A stretch of 64,000 nucleotides of DNA from Pocillopora damicornis (taxonomy: Eukaryota): NCBI RefSeq assembly GCF_003704095.1, contig NW_020846109.1, positions 310,001 through 374,000 of the forward strand, read 5' to 3'. Shown in pieces: positions 57,266 to 64,000 of the stretch. The notes under the pieces were generated by a model. That model was given only the letters and a program-made list of their open reading frames with translations, searched no databases and was not told where the DNA came from. The translations under genes were made by a program, and so were the position numbers. Position 1 is the stretch's first letter, and the number at the start of each line of letters is the position of its first letter.

Positions 57266-57555
57266 CAGTAATTAGACAACAAATTAAGCCTCAAATCCAG
57301 CTTCACGCAAACAAAAACAATTGAAAACCTGATCACGAAGTGAACAGTGCTCGGCCTTTGGTCGCTTGGTGAAAGAAAGTTGCAATTGCGTGGTCACTGA
57401 TGGTTGCCTGGTCACCAAGTTCAAAGTGAAAAATAGCAACAGTAGTAACGGAAAAGCTACAGGTGTGGAAAGATCGGCGCGGATTTTGAGTTGCGATCCT
57501 CAGCAGTACTGTCTTAAAAATAGCTACAAAAATTTTTTGTTTCTCTTGATCTAAA
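57266..57555. promoter_or_regulatory. Bidirectional promoter VKORC1/NFATC2IP
   Basis: Lies between the putative non-coding first exon of VKORC1 (donor at 57265, minus strand) and the NFATC2IP ATG. CpG-rich, with GATCACGA, TGGTCACT and TGGTCACC motifs. Confidence 0.6.
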
Positions 57556-60481
57556 ATGTCTGGAAATGAAGATCAGAACTCAAAGTCGGCCGTTAGCCGT
57601 CCACGAAAAGTATTGAGGAAACGACAAAGTCGTGATGATATTTTTTCCTACAGAGGGAAAATGGCATTGTCATTTAAAGCAAAACAAATGAAATTGCCAG
57701 ACTCTGACAGCTCCGAGTCGGATGATGACGAAGCTTTTCAGAGAGTGCACTCAGCACAATACCCCGAAAACGAGTCTTCTGAAGTAAAGGACAGTGACAG
57801 CGACGAAGATAACTGGTAAGTTGTAAATGATTGTAATAGTGAAGGTCGAAGGGGAGGGGGGTACTTCCTCTGATGTTCTGTGCGAGAGATGGCCTGTCCA
57901 AAAGGGCCCATTTTTACGCTAAGCATATCCAAGGTCATATGAAAGGCATATATGCGATTCTTATTGTAAACAGAAAATCCTAATCCAATTTGAGACAATT
58001 GAAATTGAAGCACAAGGAAAGAAGGACAACCGTAAGCCTGGAACCTATAAGGGGTATCTTACAATACTTAAGAAACAGATTCAGACGACATCAGTCAGAA
58101 AGAGAGTCTTGAATTTATGTCACAGACATGATTTAATAAGTTGACTCCGGAGAACTTTGTGTTATTGTTTAGGGCTATAAAGGACAAGTCTGTTGAAGAA
58201 ATAAACAGCTCAGAAAATGATGTCAAGGAAACACATCTTACAAGGTCACCAACACCACCCCCTGCATGGTCTCCAGAACTTTGTGAGGCTACAAAAATGA
58301 GGATAAACTTGCGTCAAAATAAGAAGCTAAGGTAAGCAAGAAAGTTTCATGGGTTGATTAAATTGTTCGGAGAATTTATAAAGATCTTTGTAAGTTAAAA
58401 GAACACAGCTTCTGGTAGGTAATATCTTTTTGAGTAATTCTTTATACATAAATAGTAGAGAAAATTTTCTGACTCTGTATTTGTTTTTTTCCTTTTCTAA
58501 AATTATTTTTTCAGGGAACTAGACAATGTTTTAGACTCACTCAAAAGATCAACCAATACTAGCTGGGCCTCACCTGACAGTCACCTGTCAAACAGTGTGA
58601 TTTGTGAAAATGACAGTGATGCTTTTCCCAGTCCATCAGAACGGGATATTGTTGTTAAAGTTAGAACAAGATCAGGAATAAAAAGATTCACTATGAAGGC
58701 TGTAAGTGGTGTTATTTACTTGCTCCAACAAGGCTCCCCAAGTTTCTAAAGAAACTGTGATGCTGCATTTTTGGGGAAGTACAAGATAATTTGGTTTTAT
58801 GAAATGATGTGTAAAGTGGCCACTGTAAAGGGAGTCTTATGCTGATCTTTAAAGTGTTAGCCCTTAGTCAGAGTGGGTCAATGAATTTGGGGTTGTATGT
58901 GATTTATATACAAAAAGATGGAGCTGTAGTACTGGTAGGAACATGGTAACATGAAAAACACAAAAAGAAACTATTTGAATGAAAGTCATGTAAACCACAC
59001 AAAACCAACAATTCCTTGATTCCCTCTGAGTAGGACTAACAATCAAAACATCAGCTTTAGAAACTCTTTACAATGGCCAGTTCACATTATCAAGTCAGTT
59101 GATAAAACTAAATCATCTTTTAACCACACAACCAAATGCTTTATTGTCAATTTTACAGTCAGTGTTCAGAGCTTTTAAGTTGAACACTTTCCATAACTAT
59201 GGCTAATGTAGTATTCAAAATGATTTAATAGAATTTCATTGATATTAATGTAGAAATGTCTTTTGATCATGAATTATAATTTTTACAGGCAGAACCATTT
59301 GGTAAGATCATATCTCAGCTTGCTCAACTGGAAGGTGCAACAGAAGATAAAATCATGCTAAGTCTGGCAGATATCAACATCTTAGGCTATGATACACCCA
59401 TTTCCATTCACCTCAGTGTAGCAGACATCATTGGTAAGTTTATGTCAACACCTGTTGCAATGCACTGTGTCCATTCAGTTACCTGTTGAACATGCCAGAT
59501 GAAGAGGCCTGCCATGAATAGCTGATGTGGAGGGTTGGTTCTCAAGGCACATTTGGCAGAACCCTCCCCCCCTCCCTCCCTCCCCTTCTTTCCCCCCCCT
59601 CTTCCCCCCCCCACCCCAATTTGGCAAGAAAAAGTGACAATTTACAGCATAAAAACCTGAATTTTTCCTATTGCCAGCAACTAAAACACTAGTATAGGAA
59701 CTCCTCATGGAAAAGCCAGCCAACACCCCTACACATTTTACTATTACCAGTGACTTACAAGAGATTTAGAGCTTTGTGTGAAAATCAGTTTTTCTCTCTC
59801 TAGAATGTGTAGTTGTTGATAAACCAATATTGACAGACAGTGAGGAAGAAGATAAAAATTCAATTGAGATAAAAGTTCAAGGAATAGAACCTGATTCAAA
59901 GAAAGCTTTCCAAATATTAAAGGTGTGTACAGAGGAAGCATTCAGTGTAGGAGCTTTGCACTGTTGTTTTAAAAACCCAGAAGCTCGTATGTTTTTTAAC
60001 TTTCTGTTATGTTAGTTTGCAGGTGATGAAATCCAAACCATTATTTCTTAACCCTTTTACATCTTAACATCAGTCTGCATATTCTCCCTACTGTTCTCCA
60101 TACTTTTCCTAAAATACTGACAAGGAGAAATTGTGTAACAATCAAGAGCTTTTTTAATTGTCCATCATTTCCTTTATTCTCATTACTTTCATGTGTTATT
60201 CAGTGGTGATATTGTAAAGAGAAATTTGATGTTAGGCAGTTTGACGGTCTTAGGGCTAACTGGGCGTGGTAACAACCTATAACTGACCTTTGTGTTGGAC
60301 GCTTTTATTCGTATCTCAGACTGACCCGCTAGAGAAGCTAATGACAGCGTACTGTGAATACAGAAAACTTCCACGTTCAAGAATTAAGTTCCTCTTCGAT
60401 GGAGAGGATCTGAAAGGAGGTGAAACACCGGAACAATTGGACATGGAACACGAGGATGTCATTGATGTCCGAGTCAAGTAG
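57556..60481 (+). CDS. NFATC2IP: NFATC2-interacting protein (NIP45/Rad60/Esc2 family, two C-terminal SUMO-like domains)
   Basis: Exons 57556-57815, 58173-58331, 58515-58701, 59289-59433, 59804-59922, 60320-60481 join in frame. The N-terminus is acidic and low-complexity. It is followed by two SUMO-like domains (IVVKVRTRSGIKRFTMKAAEPF...DTPISIHLSVADIIECV; IEIKVQG...DPLEKLMTAYCE...IKFLFDGEDL...TPEQLDMEHEDVIDV) with no C-terminal diglycine. Confidence 0.85.
60048..60259. mobile_element. piggyBac-like MITE (subfamily A)
   Basis: TTAACCCTTTTAC...TTAGGGCTAA, 212 bp, in the last NFATC2IP intron. Internal similarity to 52391 and 56192. Confidence 0.72.
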
Positions 60482-61951
60482 CTTTAAAGCAACTTAACAA
60501 AAGTTGGCAGTTCATTAACGCCATATCATTTGGTTGTTTTTCCAGTTGGTTTGGACCACCACGTTCTTGTATTTTCATGTATTTCTTTGTTTGTATAGTT
60601 AAGAAGAATTCTTTGATGCGGTGCTGAGACAACAGTCTGATGTGAAGTGCTTACTTTCAAGGAGGTCAATCGAAATTCTGCCGATGTTTTCATTACGTCT
60701 CGTTCAGCAAACCAAACCTTACTCAAGTAATTGTGTTAAACCACACCCATTAAAGCAGGGTAATGTTTGAAAGTGAGGTGGGCTACTTTTGTAATGCAGT
60801 AGCATCTCTCCATGGAACTCTGAACCTGTTCAAGGCGAATACACTTTGTTTCCCTCTTCTTGAAGATGTGAGTTAATCCTCAAACCTACGTAACGGCACA
60901 ACTTTTTATGAACTGGATTCTCTGCTGGCAGAGATCTTGATGAACGCGTGCGAAGAAGACAGGGATTTTAAGTTCCTCAGCAAACATTTTTTTGGGGGAA
61001 GTCGCGCACTCGAAAAGATTGCTTGATTACCTGAAAAACCCCTGGGTTCATGTCATTTATGGTGCACCTTTTGGGTAAAACTAGAATTTTCTTCAAGCTG
61101 AGTAAGATTTATAATTCTCAATCTCCAGTAAAGGCGGATGAAGTTAAACAGTCTCACACTCTTAACACACCATTGTTTGTTGTTACTCCATTAGTTCTGT
61201 CAAACGAGCAGATCTCGGTCTTTGAAAGTGTACTTCGCAACCATTCTTTGAGATGTTGCACAACGTGCCCTTTCGCACTATTTTGTCCCTCCACACCTCC
61301 CTACTTCAATATTAATGTTGAGATGTCATCGACCAATCAAGTATGAGACAAGAGATCTATAAAAAACCGAAAAACCAGCTGGAAATGTTTAATGAAATCA
61401 AAAAACGCTGTCGAAAATAAGGATCTTGATGAAAGTGAAACAATTTGGCTTTGGAACAAGGATATCAGACATTAAAAACCGAAAAACGGCTTTTTCACTC
61501 AGACAAACCGAAAGCCGAAAACAAGATGAAGTGAGCTGTTAATACGACCGAAACATTAACAGTTTCACAGATACTCTAGTTAATGATTCTAATGATGATA
61601 GCTGTTCCATCTGTCTGAAGAAGCGCCGAAGCATGTCTGTAGAACTGTCACGCAACCGCCGAAGCGTGCAACCTTGTCCGCATGACTCGTTGAACCTTAA
61701 TTATCTCCATTTGAAGGTATTTTTGAAAGAAATTAAAGTAAAAGAGTAGTTTTCGATCATTTCTTGGGATATTTTTTTATGATCAGATCGACCAAATAGT
61801 TAACAAGAAGAAATATAAACAAGAGTGTCGAGGGCTTTAAATTTTGCAGGTAATTTATGGTATCTGCAAACCTGTTGGCAGGTTGATTAGCGTGCAAGGT
61901 CAACCAGTTAATTAATATGATTTCCGCTAACAGTTTTCTAAGCGGTGAACA

Positions 61952-63205
61952 ATGCTTTGGTTTACCCTCTCTGGATTATTTTTCATGATTCAAGGAATCT
62001 GTTGCGATCCTCAAACCCTTCTTCTGATCTCACTGGACGGATTCCGCTGGGATTTTGCAAGCAAGGCGAAAACTCCTAACCTGGATATGCTGGTAAAAAC
62101 AGGCGTCACAGTGCCTTATGTTAGATCTGTTTTTCCGACAGTCACTTATGCAGGGCATCATAGCATAGTAACCGGCTTATACCCAGAAAGTCACGGAATA
62201 GTCAGCAATACCATGTACGATCCAGTTCTTAAGGAGTGGTTTGGGGCATCTCAGACAGATCCACGATGGTGGAATGCAGCAGAGCCCATTTGGGTAACGA
62301 ACCAGAGACACAAAGGAAGAAGTGGATTGCTTTACTGGCTAGGGGAACGCGTCAAAATAAAGGGAATGTATCCTAAATACAAAATTGATTCTGCCTCGCC
62401 ACATATTGACTTCACGAACAGCACAGGGAAGGTAATGAGCTTTGAAAAACGCGTGGAGAAACTAATTAGCTGGTTGACTGGTCCAAAACCGCCGAATTTT
62501 GTGGCTGCTTACTTTGAAGAACCAGACAAAACTTGTCATCACAAAGGGTGGCCAGATCTACCTCTTGCTATACAGCGAGTGGATAAAACCATCGGCTTGG
62601 TCGTGCAAGGTTTAAAAAAACATCATCTGTTCGATAAAGTTAACATCATAGTCACAGCGGATCATGGCATGGCTAACACGTCATGCGACAAAGTGATTGA
62701 TCTCGACAAGTACGTCAACCCAGACAACTTTGAGTTTTGGGATTCCTGGTTTAATATGATGCTTGCGCCGAAAGCTGGCAAGACAGAGGAGGTGTACGAG
62801 CGGCTAAAAAATGTCTCACATTTGCACGTTTATCACAAGAAAGACGTTCCCATGGATTTACACTGCAGAAATAATCAACGCATTTCACCGCTTGTGCTCA
62901 TTCCATCAGAGGGCTGGCTTGTGAGTTCCAGAAAGGGCAGGCTTATAAAAATCTCAAAGGACATGCACTGGGTAGAACTTAACCACGGTATTAGTTGCAA
63001 ATGCAAGTCAATGTCTACTTCTTTTATTGCGCACGGGCCCGCATTCAAAGTCAATTTCACAGGCAAACCGTTTGAATCGGTCAGCATATACCCACTAATG
63101 TGCAAGATCTTGGGAATTCCCCCACAGCGGAATAATGGTAGTTTAGATGAGACTAGAGATTTATTAAGGCCCAAAGTGTTGTCAAATAATAACGTAAAAA
63201 TGTGA
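61952..63205 (+). CDS. Secreted ectonucleotide pyrophosphatase/phosphodiesterase (ENPP4/5-like, type I phosphodiesterase), single coding exon, 417 aa
   Basis: N-terminal signal peptide, then LLLISLDGFRWD, the catalytic Thr region FPTVTYAGHHSIVTGLYPESHGIVSN, EPIWVT, YFEEPDKTCH, TADHGM, NHG and FIAHGPAFK. No C-terminal TM or GPI-like segment is visible. The exact paralogue cannot be assigned. Confidence 0.9.
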   Translation: MLWFTLSGLFFMIQGICCDPQTLLLISLDGFRWDFASKAKTPNLDMLVKTGVTVPYVRSVFPTVTYAGHHSIVTGLYPESHGIVSNTMYDPVLKEWFGASQTDPRWWNAAEPIWVTNQRHKGRSGLLYWLGERVKIKGMYPKYKIDSASPHIDFTNSTGKVMSFEKRVEKLISWLTGPKPPNFVAAYFEEPDKTCHHKGWPDLPLAIQRVDKTIGLVVQGLKKHHLFDKVNIIVTADHGMANTSCDKVIDLDKYVNPDNFEFWDSWFNMMLAPKAGKTEEVYERLKNVSHLHVYHKKDVPMDLHCRNNQRISPLVLIPSEGWLVSSRKGRLIKISKDMHWVELNHGISCKCKSMSTSFIAHGPAFKVNFTGKPFESVSIYPLMCKILGIPPQRNNGSLDETRDLLRPKVLSNNNVKM

Positions 63206-64000
63206 GGGTTTCTCCAATCATTTGCAGTCCATATTTAACGCTGTGCAAACCTACCCCGGAGGTGGGGCTGGCGTATTTATTTGTAGGCATTAAAAAAAGA
63301 GGCAGTGAAAATAGGGAGGGGTTGAACGCCCTTGAGTTGCTCACAGTCGGGGTTAAACATCAGAGATGCAGCGGAGCGACAACTTAAGAAAGTTTGGGAA
63401 AGCGCTAATTGATCATTTTTCCTTTCCTCTCCTTCTCATTGTTTTACGATCGAGAGCCCGACACACTAATGCTACGACAGAAGAAATTCTTCATAATGTG
63501 GCCCTGCGTCAAGCAATACCGTCTCCGTTCATCGGAAAGCCCACATAATTAAAAGCTTTCACATACACTTGTCAAGGATAGGGGGATTACTAGCAACTTG
63601 AAGCTCCAAAACGTGGGAGAGGGAGAGGGAGGGGGAGGGGGCACCTATTATAGCGTTATGACTCGACTCGGCTCCAATCTCCTATGACAAGAATTAGATT
63701 TTACTGTTAGATGAGGTCATAGCATAGCGCTCCAATAGTAGATGGATGCAAAGAGCAACAAACAAAACAACCACAAGATCAAAATTAATGCAGCTTTAAT
63801 ATGAGGTACTCTTCCATGTTATTCCTATTTGCAGTATAGCGGTGCTTAGATCACCGAACCGAGGTAACTAACTCTTTAGAAAGCAACAAATTCTGCAGTG
63901 AATAAGACAAACCAGTCTTGTAATATTAAGCTCTTTAACCCAACACAAGGCCTTTTTAATTTTGCATAAAAACGAGTGTGTGTGCAGTTTAACGTAGGTT

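Noticed and set aside
55460-63205. VKOR plus ENPP as a biomineralisation gene cluster
   Set aside because: The functional analogy with vertebrate calcification control is only suggestive. The genes are separated by NFATC2IP, differ in CpG profile, and show no evidence of co-regulation.

Overview
Eukaryotic, intron-rich, AT-rich animal DNA. The repeat repertoire and gene structure suggest a cnidarian, probably a stony coral (inference). Six protein-coding genes were reconstructed by hand from splice sites and reading-frame phase: a giant HECT E3 ligase HECTD4 (minus, 42917->7514, about 50 exons, about 4,200 aa), head-to-head with TFIIH subunit GTF2H3 (plus, 43096-47909); MAPK7/ERK5 (minus, 54359->48944); VKORC1 (minus, 56816->55460), head-to-head with NFATC2IP/NIP45 (plus, 57556-60481); and a secreted ENPP-family phosphodiesterase with an intronless CDS (plus, 61952-63205). 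Introns carry many ~212-bp TTAA-flanked piggyBac-like MITEs, a 1.3-kb hAT-like element with a 6-bp TSD, two hairpin-terminated elements, SINE remnants and degenerate minisatellites. There is a 174-N assembly gap. I found no convincing wholly new multi-gene system. The most interesting signals are a candidate pair of frame-coupled microexons (17+10 nt) in HECTD4, a U12-type minor intron in GTF2H3, a GC-AG intron, a uORF whose stop overlaps the HECTD4 start, a motif shared by both bidirectional promoters, and sharp CpG-depletion domains. Bases 1-7400 contain no gene I can support.
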